64,000 nucleotides of DNA from Neoechinorhynchus agilis (taxonomy: Eukaryota; Animalia; Acanthocephala), in assembly GCA_051530055.1 (NCBI GenBank), contig CM121341.1:17586784-17650783 (forward strand). Direction: 5' to 3'. Below, one piece after another: positions 38,253 through 52,728 of this stretch. The translations under genes and the position numbers were made by a program. Positions within the stretch are counted from its first letter, which is position 1. Every line of letters begins with the position of its first letter. The notes under the pieces are model-generated. The model ran no database searches, was not told the origin of the DNA, and saw nothing but the letters and a program-made list of their open reading frames with translations.

Positions 38253-39107
38253 TGATCGACTGACCAGAATTAGGATGTTTCATCGCCTAGCAACGAGAGT
38301 GGGTCAATTTAATTCTTTAACTTACAGTCGGATTTCTGGACGCTTTGTTGAGGCATTGTCACCAAGATTTCTTTAGGCTGCACCCAAAAATCCGTCAAAT
38401 GATCTTTAAAAAATACGATTAGAGCCGAAGAGTTCAACATCATGAGTACTCATCGCCCTTGAAAGAAAACAATTAAACGAAGCTTGTGGACTCGGTCAAA
38501 ATCAAAACTAAAAGGTTTGCTTTGTATTTTTGCCGCTATTAAAGATGATTTCTTAAAAATGTTGAAGAAATGGTACATATGAACAATGTCCACTGAACAG
38601 CTATGAGCCGTTCTGGTATAACATAACAACACAATTGTTTTATTTTATACCAATAATATGATGGATAATCGATTCGTTTCGGTGCACGAAATATTCGTAA
38701 GTTCTCACTCATTTCGCTCATCCAAGCTATATCGTCTCACGTACTCACTCTCGACTCATTATCAATGGACTGCAGTACATTTGAAACGTGTAAATCGACG
38801 ACAATGTTCAAAAATGCGTTTAAACACGTGCTTGTGTTTTCTCTCTCTTTTTCACAAGCGTTCGACAGGATTTAAAGAACCTGTCGCGTCTTGAAAAAGA
38901 CGCAGAAAATTCGAACAAAACCCATACTTTAATGCTAATCGTTGGCTCTGATCCACGTAAATTCCGAATTTCATAGTTTCTAACTGTTAGGTATTTACAC
39001 TCGACCAATCCGTTTTCTTCATTGAGCACTTGGAATTTTTCGGTCCTTTGAATTGATTGTGAAGATCGATTTCTATTGAGGATTACATTCGGGTTGTTAG
39101 ATACATT

Positions 39108-39375
39108 GCTATTTAGGTCGCTTGTCGACACCTGAGGGAGATCGCGTTAAAGACGAATGTATATTTCGACCGGTTGAATCAATCATTGTCAATTCAATAT
39201 AAAAAATTACACTATCCCGGGTTCCCGAGTCACAACGAACAATCATGTGGTGTGTGTTTGTGACAAATTCCTCTGTAATTTTTTAGATTCAATTGACAAT
39301 GACCGATTCAATCAGTTGAAAATTATACATTCGTCATTAATGATCCCTCTCAGGTGTCGACAAGTGACCTAGATC
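39108..39375. mobile_element. Short foldback-family copy
   Basis: tatttaggtcgcttgtcgacacctgagggagat... and ...atccctctcaggtgtcgacaagtgacctag match the 1211-1704 TIRs. Confidence 0.8.
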
Positions 39376-39681
39376 GATTTCTCGTCGTTTTTCATGAAAG
39401 ACGACCACAAAACCATTGCAGGTTGGTGAAAAACTTGTTCTGTAGCGATAATGATTTGCTCCCTTTTCTCACGAGTGTAGTATTTTTGTCGAACTTTTAT
39501 TATTGTCGTAAATCGAAAGGAGATTATCATACTTCATGTGTTCCCGACGTTGCCAAGTACCTTGACCGTTATTTTCCCAGCTTTATAAAAGTGATTTTAC
39601 CTATTGATTCATTTTACTTTAGAAAATAAAAAATCATTTTTAAGATTTTAAGCATTATTTACTAGCTCCTAACTTTATAAG

Positions 39682-42600
39682 ATGATGTTGCCGTTTCTGC
39701 TCGTAATCCTCCAACAACTACCATTCCTTCAATCAATGGAAAAGTGCGTTTGGTATGGCCAACACAAAACCGATAGCGGGCAAATTTTGAATAAAAAATA
39801 CGACGGACCTCCGAAGCCAGCAAACGAACCAATAATCACCCTTCTCAAAAAACAATGTCCCCACCTTGTGTCAAACAGTACGCGTACATGCTGCGACGAA
39901 GAACAATTGCATGAACTCATTTCACGATCAAAAACGATCGGATCCATTTTGGGACGCTGTCCGCTTTGTGTCCATAATCTCTACGCTTATTTCTGTGAAT
40001 TCACATGCTCCCCCAACCAGTCTGATTTCATGGAAGTCTTGAGTGTCGAAAACGATAATCTAATCAACGGAATCAAATATTCTGTAAGCAAACCGTATTT
40101 GGATTCCGTTATCAACTCATGTAAAGATGTTTCATACTCAAGTGGAGGTCAAAAGGGCTTGAGCTTTGTTTGTGGCAGTAATGAGTGCACTAGTGAACTC
40201 CTTGTAGAACAATTCTCTGTAATGTCACCATTTAAAACTTCAATCTTCCTTGATGACTCAAACTACAATCAATCACTTCAGGTAAAGAATGTTTTAAAAT
40301 GCAATGAAACCTACACATTCCCATTGGCTAACCTCACTATACCTTCATGCGCTTGTCTTGATTGCGAATCAAGCTGTGAGCGAAATTGTAGCCTTAACCC
40401 GTATCCGAAATACTCATTCGACCTTCTCGGGTTTAATGGATATATGATTATCAGTGTATTAGTGGGTGTTGCATTATCGGCAGTCGCACTCACGTCTCTA
40501 GTTTTTGGATACTCGATAGATGCGACATCAGGTCAAACTCAATATGCGTATGCAAATGAGCAAACGGGATTTATAAGCGGGCAAAGTCCGGAAATTTCTA
40601 TGGGCAGATTTGTCAATCTTTTATCAAATTCATATTTGGTTCTTGCGAAACTCGTATGCCGATTTCCAATCACATCAATCCTTCAGGCCATTATACTGTG
40701 CACAATATTGTCCAGTGGACTTCCACGAATGGAAACCAGTACCGATCCCAATGTGATATGGTCCATTAGCAACAGTAGAGCACTTGCAAACACAAAACAT
40801 TTTAAATCGCGTTTTAAAGAGCCGTTCTTTAGAACCACTCAGATTATTCTAGTTCCGAAGGACAACGAACCATGGTTGCATTTTGTAGCAAATGATTTCT
40901 TTGGTGTTCCATTTTCAAGTGCATTTCGGCGAGAGGTTCTTGAACAGGTATTCAAACTTGAGGACAGTATCCAGAACTTACGGACTCCATCAAACGTGAG
41001 TCTTGACTCTCTTTGTATAAAGCCACTTAAACCTGTAAACAACAACTGTACAATTCTTAGCGTCACTCAGTATTTCCAAAGAAATATGGACTTGCTCAAT
41101 CGAACAATTGGTGAACCGTACTCAGCTCCCATAGCGGATTTCGCGACACATCTTGCCTATTGCATCGAATCTCCATTCGCAACCTTAGACGCGAAATTCG
41201 GAGCATCGTGTCTTGGTGATTTCGGAGGTCCTGTCGAACCCCTTCTTATTTTAGGTAGCAACGGAGATCCTCGATTGAGTGCAATATCTAACACCACCGC
41301 ACTGGTCATTACAATTCCGCTTAGAGATGATGATGAGTTCAAAGATATGGCAATGGAGTGGGAACATGAATTTATGAGATTCATTGAATCTTCGAATCAA
41401 GATTTGCCCTTCAAAGTTATATACTCCACTGAACGATCAATCGAAGATGAAATAAAGCGCGAAAGCTGGACTGATGTCAACACTCTTGTGTTGTCCTACT
41501 TGCTTATGTTTGTGTATGTAGTGATAGCATTGACCTTAACTACAGTTCGGAGGGACAGCCGACGTTTGGGAGTATGCGAGAAAGTACAAAAAGGCTTGCT
41601 TTTGGTGGTAAAGTTTTAATACTCAACTCTTCGCCTGAGCCAGTCTTTGTTAAAACAGTATCTATCATCCCTCAGAATCACAGTTGCGTTCGTAAGTGTT
41701 GCTTTTGTGATTTTAGCCGTTACAGCAAGTGTCGGATTCTTCGCCTGGCTCCGCATCCCCACAACTCTTCTTATCTTTGAAGTAGTTCCTTTCTTGATAC
41801 TTGCAGTTGGCGTAGATAACGTGTTTATCATAATGCAACATCTTTACCGGACCAGATCAGAAGAAAATTTGGATGAAGTGCAATCTTCTAATAGAGTTTG
41901 TGAAACAATGTCACAAGTAGGTCCTGGGATGGCATTGAGTACAGTTGCTGAATTATCTGCATTTGTCTTTGCGGCCATTTTAGCACGTCAATATGCTATT
42001 CGCTTATTCGCTCTTTACGCTTTGGTGGCGCTTGCGATTAATATCTACATTCAATCGACTGCTCTCCTTGCACTGATAATGCTCGATCACCGACGAGTTT
42101 ATACGAATCGAATGGATGTTTTATGCTGTGTTCATGTTCATCCAGGAACAATCGAAAATAGCGAAGAAGACGAAACTAATGAAAGCACTGAACTTACTGA
42201 GCCAGCTCAATGCGAGAAGCCATCATATTTCGAATTATACTCGCGAGTTCTTTTGTTGAACGGAGCCGTTCGACGAATTGTGACCGGGATTTTTACTTTG
42301 TTTTTCGTGATTTCATTATGTTCTTTACCGTCGATTAGCATCGGTCTGGATCCAAAGACCAGTCTTCCACGCGACTCTTATGTATCCGAATATCTAAGAG
42401 GTGTGGAACAACATCTCCAAGCTGGTCCACCTTATTTCGTCGTCCTGAGTAGTGAGAACAGTCTTGAGCTTCACAATCTAAGCAGACAAAACGCTCTTTG
42501 TGCTGCCCAGACTTGTGACTCGGATTCGTTGATGAACAAATTTGCAAACTACGCGAATTGTGCAAGTAACGTTTCGTACCTGAGAACTGCGCCGTCTTCA

Positions 42601-43608
42601 TGGATTGACGGATACATCGATTGGGCCAATGAACCAGACCGATGTTGTAGAAAGCTTCCTTTAAATGATTCCGTTTGTCCTCATGAACAAGAATCCAAAT
42701 GCGTTAAATGTAACCTTAATCGAACCAGTGACGGTCGATTGATTGGTTATGAATTCAATCATTATCTTCAACACTTCCTATCGGATATTCCTGATCAGGA
42801 CAAGTGTACCCTTGGCGGTCATGCTCTTTTTGGCAATAGCATCCGTTTTACAGAACGGGGTGAAGTGAACGATTGTAATTTCATTGGCTACCATGCACCA
42901 CTGAAAACATCAAGAGATTTTATTGGTGCACTCAAACGTGCATGGGCGATTTCAGACGAGATCGAGAACGATCTGAAACGGAAATATGAACCTGATTCAA
43001 TTCGATTTTATGTACATAGTGTGTTTTACGTCTTTTACGAACAATATCTCACTATTTTAAGAGATAGCGTAATCAATGTAGTGATTCCGCTTTCTGTGGT
43101 AGCACTAATAAGTATTGTCTTCACTGGATTCCATTGGAGAGCATCTTTGGCGTTCTTGATTGCAATCGTTATGATCTTGGTCGAGGAACTTGCAATGATT
43201 ATTTGGATGGGCGTTGAGCTGAACGCTGTATCTTTGGTAAATCTTGTAATGTCTATCGGGATCGCTGTTGAATTTTGTGCACACATAACAATGCATTTCG
43301 TGAGATCAAGTTGTGGTCCGGTTGTCGAAGATGCTCGGCACGCACTAATAAACGTCGGCTCCTCAGTGCTGACTGGAGTTGCACTAACCAAAGTCACCGG
43401 AATCGCTATCCTGGCCTTCGCTAAGTCCGAACTCTTTTCGTTGTATTTCTTCAAGATGTACGCTTCACTTATCGTTGCTTCAACACTCAATGCACTCGTT
43501 ATGCTACCTTGTATGTTGGCTTCCTTTGGCAAAGAAGAGAAAAGGGAAGGTCAAGAAGCAGAGTTGTATGTGGATTCGCCGGACACGAGTATTGAACAGC
43601 AAGCATAG
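39682..43608 (+). CDS. NPC1: NPC1-like intracellular cholesterol transporter, 2 exons
   Basis: Cys-rich NTD (CVWYGQ, TCCDEEQL, RCPLCVHN..FCEFTCSPNQSDF) and SSD (EVVPFLILAVGVDNVFII), plus AGPPYF and SIGIAVEFCAHI. Intron acceptor at 41658; donor at 41572 (about 1279 aa) or 41608. Confidence 0.95.
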
Positions 43609-45324
43609 ATATCAAAAATATATAACCACGAGCGTGCAAGTTTAGCTTAATACTAGAAAACGATATTAGTTTTGCTTTGTGGTATTAATTCGTTTCTAGT
43701 AAAGTATTATATGTGCTAGTGCTCAAAAGATATTCAAAGCACGAAATTTAATAGCCTTATTTCAATAATGATAAAAAGCGACCATTGAATCTTAGTAAAA
43801 TCCAAATAATAAGCGAATAATTTGATTAATATAAGTGGAAAGCACAAACTTTGGGCTTTACTATAAAGTGGGCGCTATTTAAAGGCGCTTTGCAGGGTAA
43901 TTGAATCGGCGAAAACGGATTTTCACCCGTAAACGAAATGGTATTTATTTTAAGATTGAATTGCAACGGAAAAATTTTAAAAAAATTATTAATTACATCC
44001 GATATTTCGGCACAATAGTGCGCCTTTATCAAAGTTTCTTCATTTATACATTCAGCCGGGATATATTGATAAAGCAACCTCGATAAAGGTCCACGATTAT
44101 GCCGGAATATCGGATTCAATTAATAAATTACTTCGTTTTTTCAAAATATAGAAATGGTATTGAGTTTAAAAAAATTGCTATACTGCAAGATCGTAACGCA
44201 CAAATCATTGGTATAAAAACTATTTTTACTTCTAAACTAATAATAGTTGTATAATCTAAACTATTAATTATTTATCTACGATGTCTCTATAAGGCCTTTT
44301 CCGATTTGATTTGTGAGCTTCTTTTTGGTCCGAGCCTTCCTCTTTCGTTTTATCCTCGGTAACTAAATTGGAATTGTAACATTTTTCTGATTTTTCAACT
44401 TTTGAGAACTCACCAGCAGCATTTTCATTTGATTGAGGTGGCAATTCACTATTAATAAAGGAATCCGGTTTGTTTTCCATTTTCGTTAATGTATTGGCCT
44501 CTCAAAAGATAATCTTTTAACAGCGCTCGTCGCCTCTTATCCAATACAAAGTTATTGCAAACGGCGATTTTATCCATATATCGAAGTATACATTTTGAAA
44601 TGGCGTGTTTTGTATCATTTGGTTTGTATTGACAATAATTGTTTGTCCACTTAACGAGGGTTTATTGTTAAAGCCGTTTGTTAGTTGTGGATAACGTTGA
44701 ATTGTAAATTTAACGGTGAAATATTAAGCTACAATCAAATGGATATTTAGTAAATAATTTAAAAATGTTTGAATTGTAATGATGATCATTCCGGATAGAA
44801 CATTTTTATTGAAATATTTCGCGATAAAAAGTATGAGTTGCTTTTTATATTATGGTTCGTATGGGCGGAATAGCCATTCCCGAAGTTCGGGGACCGAATA
44901 TCCACTCGTACCCCTCCTTTTTGTGGCGTTTTTCCATTATTTTTAGCATTTCGATGGTAGGTAGTTTTAAGCTAAAGTTTTGCTTCCGTCCGTGGTGTCA
45001 GACGCATCGATATGTGAGGCCTCAAGTACAAGGCGTTTTTAAAGTTCCTTTTCCACAAAATGAGTGCCATTAAAATCTGCACCATATTGCAGAGTATCTT
45101 GGTCATTGGACATGCCGGATATGTTGGGTGATGCACTTCTTGATAACTCTGCATCTTTGTCCGATTTACACTCAATCGCACAGTGTCTCTTCTCCATGAA
45201 AGCGTTTACGGGTTTGATTGTTTTAATTGTTGTATAATCGAACTCCAGTCTTCTTCCCTATAATCCTGTTGGTTCATATTATTAGTTTAATGATTGATGA
45301 AGTTCACTCTTTCAACGATAGCAG

Positions 45325-46005
45325 ACCGCTATTCCTCGAAGAATGAAGACCGAACTGTCGTTTCTGTAAGATATTTGAAGAACTTTAAAAGATTCTTGTT
45401 ATTACTGTTAGCGTTTATTCATCTCATTGAGCAGTACTAAAACCGATTCCAGTAAAGATGTATAAGTTGGTTGTTTATACAAAAAGATAAGCATTTTGGT
45501 ATAGACAATTGAAACGTCTCATCTCAAAGTTTTTAAGGTTTATGCCAAAGTCGGATGAGAGTATCACCTAAAATGTCTGTGAACTTAATTCCGACAATAA
45601 ATTTCTGATTTAAAAGAAAGTTAAAACAAGTTCAATTCCGACATTCCACGAAGTCTGCGGCCCTTCCTCGAAGAATGAAGACCGAACTGTCGTTTCTGCA
45701 AAATATTTGTAGAACTTTTAAAGCTTCTTGTAACGACTGTTACCGTTTATTAATCTTATTGAGCAGTACCAAAACCGATTTTAGTAAAAATGTACAAGTG
45801 GATCATTTGTATAAGCCGGTGAGCATTTTGGCATAGACAATTGAAACGTCTCATCTCAAAGTTTTAAAGGTTTATGCGAAAATCGGATGAGAGTACCACC
45901 AAAAAGTCTGTGAACGGATTGCCGACTAACAATTTTTGATTGCATAGAAAGTTAAAACTAGTATAATTCGGACATTCCACGAAGTCGGGCTCCTCCATGA
46001 AGAAT
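45325..46005. repeat. Tandem duplication of a ~330-bp unit (about 2.1 copies)
   Basis: cctcgaagaatgaagaccgaactgtcg occurs at 45334 and 45666, with a partial third copy near 45995. Confidence 0.85.
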
Positions 46006-46256
46006 GAAGCCTGAAACTTGAAGTCTGCCTTATTCCATTTTAATATCTAAAAGTGGCCAATAAATATGGCCTCCAATATCAAGCGATCCCATCGAGAATC
46101 ACTTCGAGCGGACAACGCGAAAAGGTGCAAAGTTTACAACCAAAGAATACAGGGCGATAGGATATTTAGTTAGAGTTTCTCATAAATATGCTCAAAGGAA
46201 AGTGCTACCCAATCTATATAATAGAAGAGAAGTTTCTTATAGACATTAATTGTTGC

Positions 46257-46912
46257 GTGAATGTTTTGAAGATAAATAAAAATAACGATCGGAAAAATAT
46301 CTTTCTGGAGTACTTAAATGTAATTACAGTTACTCCGCAATCAGTATTATTAATTTTCTCTTTTGTTTTAAATGAATTCAAAGGAAGCATTGTGGTTCCC
46401 GACTCTTTGATTGCAGCTATCTCGTAATTCAATTCAATTGCAAGTTTGTAAGTTTACAATTTCCTAGAACAATGCTCAAAGCTGATTGATACCGATATCA
46501 AAATATTACTTGCGAAATTCGGAATCGTACTAATCCAAAAATCCTACCAATGGCTTATGGGAATTAAAGGTTGATTCCAGATAATCGAGTTATTGTTCGT
46601 GAACATTACGAATTTTTAAATGATTTTCTTTGTTTCAGCATTAATTCAAAAATATTCGTCGTCCGGATTCGAGGAATACTAAGAACTCTTACATTAATTA
46701 TGGTGTGAACGTGTTAAAGATAAATAAAAATAACGATCCGAAAAGTATCTTTCTGGAGTAGTTAAATGTAATTACCGTTACTCGGCAATCGGTATTATTA
46801 ATTTTCTGAATTGTTTTAAATAATTTCCAAGGCAGCATTGTGATTCCCAGCTCTGTTTGAGTGCAGCTATCTCGTGATTAAATTAAATTGCAGGTTGATG
46901 AATTTATACAAT
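46257..46912. repeat. Dispersed direct repeat of ~205 bp (46257-46460, 46705-46912)
   Basis: Both copies run gtgaa..aagataaataaaaataacgatc..tatctttctggagta..gcagctatctcgt. Confidence 0.8.
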
Positions 46913-46927
46913 GACTAGGATTTTTGT

Positions 46928-47010
46928 TTTGGTCTTCACCCGGTTAATAGTTTTTATTGAAGACGTTTATAACCTCGTCGGTTTGAGCACCAGTTCTAAA
47001 ATTACAGTTC
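46928..47010 (-). repeat. GAAACGTC-family repeat, single arm
   Basis: ggtcttcacccggttaatagtttttattgaagacgtttataacctcgtcg matches the copies at 3955 and 53266. Confidence 0.6.
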
Positions 47011-47663
47011 CATAGGCTTGATTTCCTCGATTGAGCGTGTCCCGCTTTTGGATTCTTCGGCCCTTTTCTCAAGAGATTAATAAGCTCATTTCGCCTAACG
47101 TCCAACTCCATAGGAGAACTTTTTAATAAGAATTGCTGAGGAAAACATGAAGATATATCGGAACCAGACGCTTTATCTTATCTCAGTAGTCCCCAGCGAA
47201 CTCGTATTGTGTGGATAAGATTAATGAAACGAAAGGAGAAAGAGATAATCATACAGATTGATCTAAAGCTACAAAAAAATGCAGTGACTATGATTGGAGA
47301 TTTTTTTGACCAGTTAAGATCATAAAAAAATTGTGCAGCCGAGGCCCTTCGAGTATGATTGGAAAATTCTCTTTGGGAATCAGAGTTGCAAGAAGGGGAA
47401 TAATCATTACCATTAAATGATGATAAATCGGATGGCCGCGAAGAATCTCCAGTGCAGAAACAATTGTGATTCGCTATTTCGACCTTTACGCCAGGATAGC
47501 AGTTGAGTGACCCAGAACGGTTGCGTAAATGTTTATAAACTCTCACGCATTATATTATGGTTGCGGAGCTTGCTACGAAGCCAGTAAAAGTGCATAGCGT
47601 TAAAAGCTGCTAAGGATAAACAAATAAATATTTTCATATATCATTGTCCTCGGCGTGAATTTG

Positions 47664-48134
47664 ATTGTACGTTGGCGAATCCTGTCCCCGATGTTATCGA
47701 TACTCATTTATTTATTTATTTGAGAAATATTTCGCAAGGTTTTCCTTGCCTCTTTAGTCTCTATCTAAAATGGAGATGATATAAACAGCATGCACAGCCG
47801 GTTATGTCTGGACGTAGCTCGGATCCGCGGGTTTGCTAATACCCGAAGTGTGGGGGGGCGGGTTCGATCCGCACACACCTCTTGCGATTTGTAGCCGACT
47901 AATTTCTTCGTCATGCTACGCAACTATTGCAGCACCAGCGTGTGGGTTTGATTTGCGGATCTAACATTAGCAAACCCACGGATCTAAGCTACATCCAGAC
48001 ATGACTTGCTGTGCATGCTGTTTATATCGTCTCCATTTTGGATAGGGACTGTAGAGGCAAGGAAAACCTTGCGAAATATTTCTCAAATAAATGAGTAACG
48101 ACAACACCGGGGACAGGGTTCGCCAACGTACAAT
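47664..48134. mobile_element. Non-autonomous element with ~175-bp inverted arms carrying mutated hammerhead-like motifs
   Basis: 47664-47840 versus 47966-48134. The arm reads ctgtaga-g-gcaagg-aaaa-ccttgc-gaa-atat-t-tctc (ATAT family, core mutated in both arms). Confidence 0.75.
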
Positions 48135-50249
48135 AAAATAAATATTTGCAACTCTTATTTGAGTGCGGAAATTATTTGGACTTATTTTTACATCTCGACA
48201 CAAATATTTGCAATAAAAAGTGCATTTTATTGGCAACTCGGAAACTCCAAGCATGATTCTATTAATGCCAATGACTCATAAAATCTTTGAATGATACATT
48301 TTCGTGCATCGTGTGGTTATTTTATCAAGAGATCCAATTTACAATGCATTTATTTTATTTGACCATTTTCTTGATTGAAATTGAGACTTTCTTTTTTAAG
48401 GGTTGTTATCCTTATCAATTGTTTAAGACTGAGACAAAAATACAGAGGAGAATCATGAAGTATCTTAGTCTTGTGTATGTGGATAAGAAATGACGATTAG
48501 CAGTCGGAATTCGTATTGGATTTTTTCGGCAATCAATAAACCTCGAGTGGTTTAATTTCGATTAGTTTATCAAACTCCTTAGCTTTTGAATTATTCGTTG
48601 GTGTAATTGTATTTCGCTGCTCCATTTTTGCCCTCAGCTTAGGAGAATTTACATGGATATCGTTTCTTGGATTCATGCTATGACGTTCACGAGATCGCTT
48701 TTCATTGAAGATTTTGAAGTAATTCTCTCGATTGCATTTGTAGCTCTCATTAAGATGCATCTGTCAGAAATGCACACGGAGAGTATCGATAAAGTTGAAA
48801 GTTTTCGCACAATGGGTATTTTAGCATATTCGTGAAACCATCATCGTCTTCTTTAGCGCTTCTTTTCCTACTCTTTGGCTTATTATCCAAGGTAGAATTA
48901 TGTGATTGCGGCGTTTGAACTATTGGTCGGAGAACCATTTCAGAGACCGACGTAGTCTTTGTTGCAATTGTTTTGGATTCCACAGGTTCAATATTTGCGT
49001 TAACATTTTCACTTTCAGCCGTGGATGCTGAATTCAAGCCAGTTCATTCGTTCAATGACGGCACATTAAGTGCTGCGTAGCGGTAGTGATATTGGCTAAC
49101 GGTTTCCAAGCAATCCTCGTCAATAAATCATAATGACTGTGCACGAAGTCTAGATTAGCACTCCTTAAGTTCAGAAATATAAACGGCTGAATAATCTGGT
49201 ATTCTGTCAAGAACGAGAATTTCATTGTATCATCTTTTTTTGAAATCTAATGAAAACTTAGCGAGAAATTTTTAGGTCAAAGAAGGAAATTTCCGAAAAA
49301 CTTACTTCATAAGATCTCAAGTCGAATCTTTGATGTTGGAACATTTTTTCAAGTAAATGCTGATGAAATAGATTTATCGATCGATTGATTCCGAGAAATG
49401 AGCAATGATTTTTGTTTCTCCACGCATCCCTGAACAATCAACCTGCACTAATTATCTGTCTTGATAAAAAAGACATTGAATTTTCATGCCAAAGTGACAG
49501 CTGGGTATTATGAACAACTAAGTCTTTTTTTCCGAAACGAATTTTCGTGCCTGATTAATTGTGTGTGTCATCAATTTTACGGTTCAATCGACAGATACAA
49601 ATAGACTTTTTTAACAAGTGAAGAAATTTCAACCGTAGACAATCAATAAGTTAGCGATATCGTCCGTCATTTCTTTAGTTCTCGATAAAGAAACTATCGA
49701 CACTTTTGATGCAATAATTCGAATTGGAAAATTTTAAGTATAACTACGCCTTTTCGAAAATAATCGTCAGCATCTGCGTGCATATCAGATTTAAAAGTAT
49801 TGCGCCAACAAATTAATGTATTTTTTATCTTTACTATTAAAGAGGATACGGAAATGCTTACGAATTTTGTCAACCTGCAATAATTATCTGCCGGAGACAG
49901 TAACTTGCCTTATGCAGAATCCTGTTTGTATCACAGATATAAACAGGAATGAAGAATCCGCCACGATATCTAACTCAAAATGACTTTAAACTCATTAAAT
50001 AGGAATATAACGTTTTGAATTTAAAATATTTATACCAAAATAACAATAGTACCGACTGCGATCGTCTGCTCGGCGACAATTGATGTATAGGAATCTTTGA
50101 GTTGGCACTCCCGAGCTATCTTTTCTCTTTGGGTTTCATTAGCCGGACCAAAATCCGGGCTTGGCCAGGTCCTGGGCCGTGGTAGCAAACGACCGGAGTG
50201 CATCGACGCCAAAGGGAAACAAAATAATGATTTCGACTCAGATCCCTGT

Positions 50250-50520
50250 ATATTTTCCTTTTGCGTTCCTCAGCGGCGGTTGCTTCTCCTCCTGGTTTAA
50301 TAGCAGCGAATTTTATGTTGTTGGCTGCGAGTGTGACCACGATCCCAGAGAAGACATATTTCTTCTCGCCACGGGAATACTGTGACACCGTACGGTCTAC
50401 GGCGATCGAGTCGGCAAAGATTGCTCGGCTGTAGGATGTTGGGCGCATTCACAGTATTCAGGGCACGGCTAAGAATTGCGTTCACTTCGGAGTGTCGTGA
50501 GTACCTTCCGCCTGATTGAC
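50250..50520 (-). mobile_element. Rearranged CRE-like retrotransposon fragment
   Basis: Peptides GRYSRHSEVNAILSRALNTVNAPNILQPSNLCRL and AAEERKRKIYRDLSRNHYFV, with internal deletions. Confidence 0.75.
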
Positions 50521-51757
50521 GACATTCGGACCTAGAAATAAATCATTTTAATTTTTATTTAGAACTAGGCTTAAACAGTTTTAACTTTAATGGTTTATAT
50601 ATTGTATAGAACGGGCGGCTTTGAAGAGGATTGAGTAAGCTTTTCCCCTCCACGTAAGCTCATTCGACGACTGAATTTAAACTGTCTACTCCTTCATTTT
50701 AAAATTCTTTTTTGTCCTCAAATTTAAACAATTGTAGAATATCGGCAAAGTCCTGTTTACTGATTGAGTTAAAACCCAATGAAAATCTAGTATCCTCTTG
50801 TTTCCATATCAATGCTTCATAAATTATAATCCTCCAGAGAAGGGAATTGAGGCTTTTCGCTATCGCCCGTGAGAACTTTTGCACAATTTTTCAGCACTTC
50901 TTAACGTAACATTTTCCGGATCGTATCCGTAACTCTGGCAGCCTGCCTCTTGCGAAGATACAGAAGGCCTCGGGTGCCAACGTATTTAGAGTATTGGCAA
51001 TGGTTTGCATAATGAAATCCCAATCGAAAACATCTTTTTGTAGTGGCATCTATTTTGTATAACACAGATTCCAATGAAGCATTTCTTAACGTAAGCTTTA
51101 TTGCACTTGGAATGTTAATACCAAAAACTCTAGAGCGCTTTACGGCATCTTCCTACATCCTGGTCTTAAAGAATATCTCGTTGTAATCTGGTACGAGCTC
51201 CAGTAGATTTTGCGATTAGTATAATTTTTGTTCGATTCTTTGACCGGATTATCAATTCCTAAGAGGGAATCCAATTCTTTGAGCAGATCCTTCGTTTGGT
51301 ATATGAGATTATTGGCTGCTTTTGTATCAGGTGAAAAATTCCCAGTAGAAAAATGTGGATGAAAGTGGCGATCCTTATGGATCCCATATTTGGAGGAAAA
51401 ACGAAGGAAGTAGGAGATCACAATTCTTTTACCGTAGATTTGATAAGGAATTTAACGGATAAAAATTTATATTAATTACAAGAAAAGTGTTTGTGGTTAA
51501 TAAGCGCGTATACGCACCTTTCCTTATTCCATTTCATCATTGGTTAAAACTGTTCACATAAGCAATGAAACTTTTTCGCAATCTTACCTTATTATGTTTG
51601 TGTAAAGTTCAGGAAGGGAACCAAAAGCATTCTACTTTAGTAAGTGATTAGCATAGGTTTTGAAATATATGTGGTAAAAGTATTCCGAATGCGATTTTAT
51701 GATCAGCGAAGTGAACCTGCCTGACAATGGAACCACTATACTCGAAAGCCCGTTTTT

Positions 51758-52728
51758 GTGTTCGATCGCGATAACGTCTTAGAATGGGCAAAATTCAGTT
51801 TTCATCCTCCCGGCGCCCAGGATGTAGAGTTCTTCATTAATCATTGCTCGTCCGAATCCCACCTCCCTGCCTCAACATCCGACATCCAGACAACTACAGC
51901 AGAGATAGATGCTGGCAAGTGTATGAATCGTACTTTTCTTAATCAATAAAACGTGTTTATATAAACGCTATAAGTCTGCAAAGTAAGCACACGTTACACC
52001 ATATAGAGTGCTTCGTTCTCGTTTGCATACAATTTGTCGTTTTGTAAAGTTAAATGATTCACATGTCAAAGAAAAGACTTGTATAGTAGCGAGTCTCAGT
52101 GAACCGATTCGAATGCTACGTGGCCACATACGACGGTCAATAAAACTAACAATTGTACCAAGCACACAGCCACAATCAGACCCATTATTGGATGCCAATA
52201 AATGCATAATCCGTCCAATCAGAAAAGCAATTAATCGATTTAGACTTCGCGTTGATTAAGATCAGAAGTTCTCATTGGGAAACGGAATATTACTCTGATC
52301 TGCACATATTCCAATTAATTGAGAAAGTATGTCTCCGCGAAAATGATGAAGACAAATACGAAACAACCGTTCAGTTCTGCAAATGTGCAATATATCTTGC
52401 TTTCTTCAATGCCACTTTTGTGGCAATTATTTTTAGGCTCATCTTTGGAATACGAGACTACGTTATCGAAGACGGATTCACTCGATCACAGCTAATGCAG
52501 TTCGTGTTTCTTGATAATCTTGTTCGTTTGGTTCATCATTATCTCCTTTGTGCCTTTTGGCTCATCGACTACGTCTTTGTCTATTCTTATCTTTGGCCTC
52601 ATTGGGCCTACCATGTGCTTACGGTCTCTTTTATTATCATCTATATTGCCACCTTCGGTTTCTTCGTGATATTTCTTCATCTTATTGCGGACGCAGCGGG
52701 CAGGGCGACTCACACGATAACCGGATAA
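51758..52728 (+). CDS. Probable multi-exon membrane protein of unknown family
   Basis: Consecutive ORFs at 51758-51949, 52008-52259 and 52252-52728 are separated by intron-sized gaps. The last has about three hydrophobic helices. Confidence 0.4.

Noticed and set aside
47855-47875. GGTTCGATCC B-box-like sequence suggesting a tRNA or SINE
   Set aside because: No A-box or cloverleaf; it lies in the spacer of an inverted-repeat element.
48533-51421. Short - strand ORFs (48533-49037, 50699-51421, also 62827-63153) that may be exons
   Set aside because: I could not assemble them into a supported gene model or assign a family by eye.
51689-51757. In-frame TGA (51722) between an upstream ATG and the 51758 ORF, suggesting selenocysteine or readthrough
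   Set aside because: No SECIS or redox motif is visible; an unresolved intron or different start is simpler.
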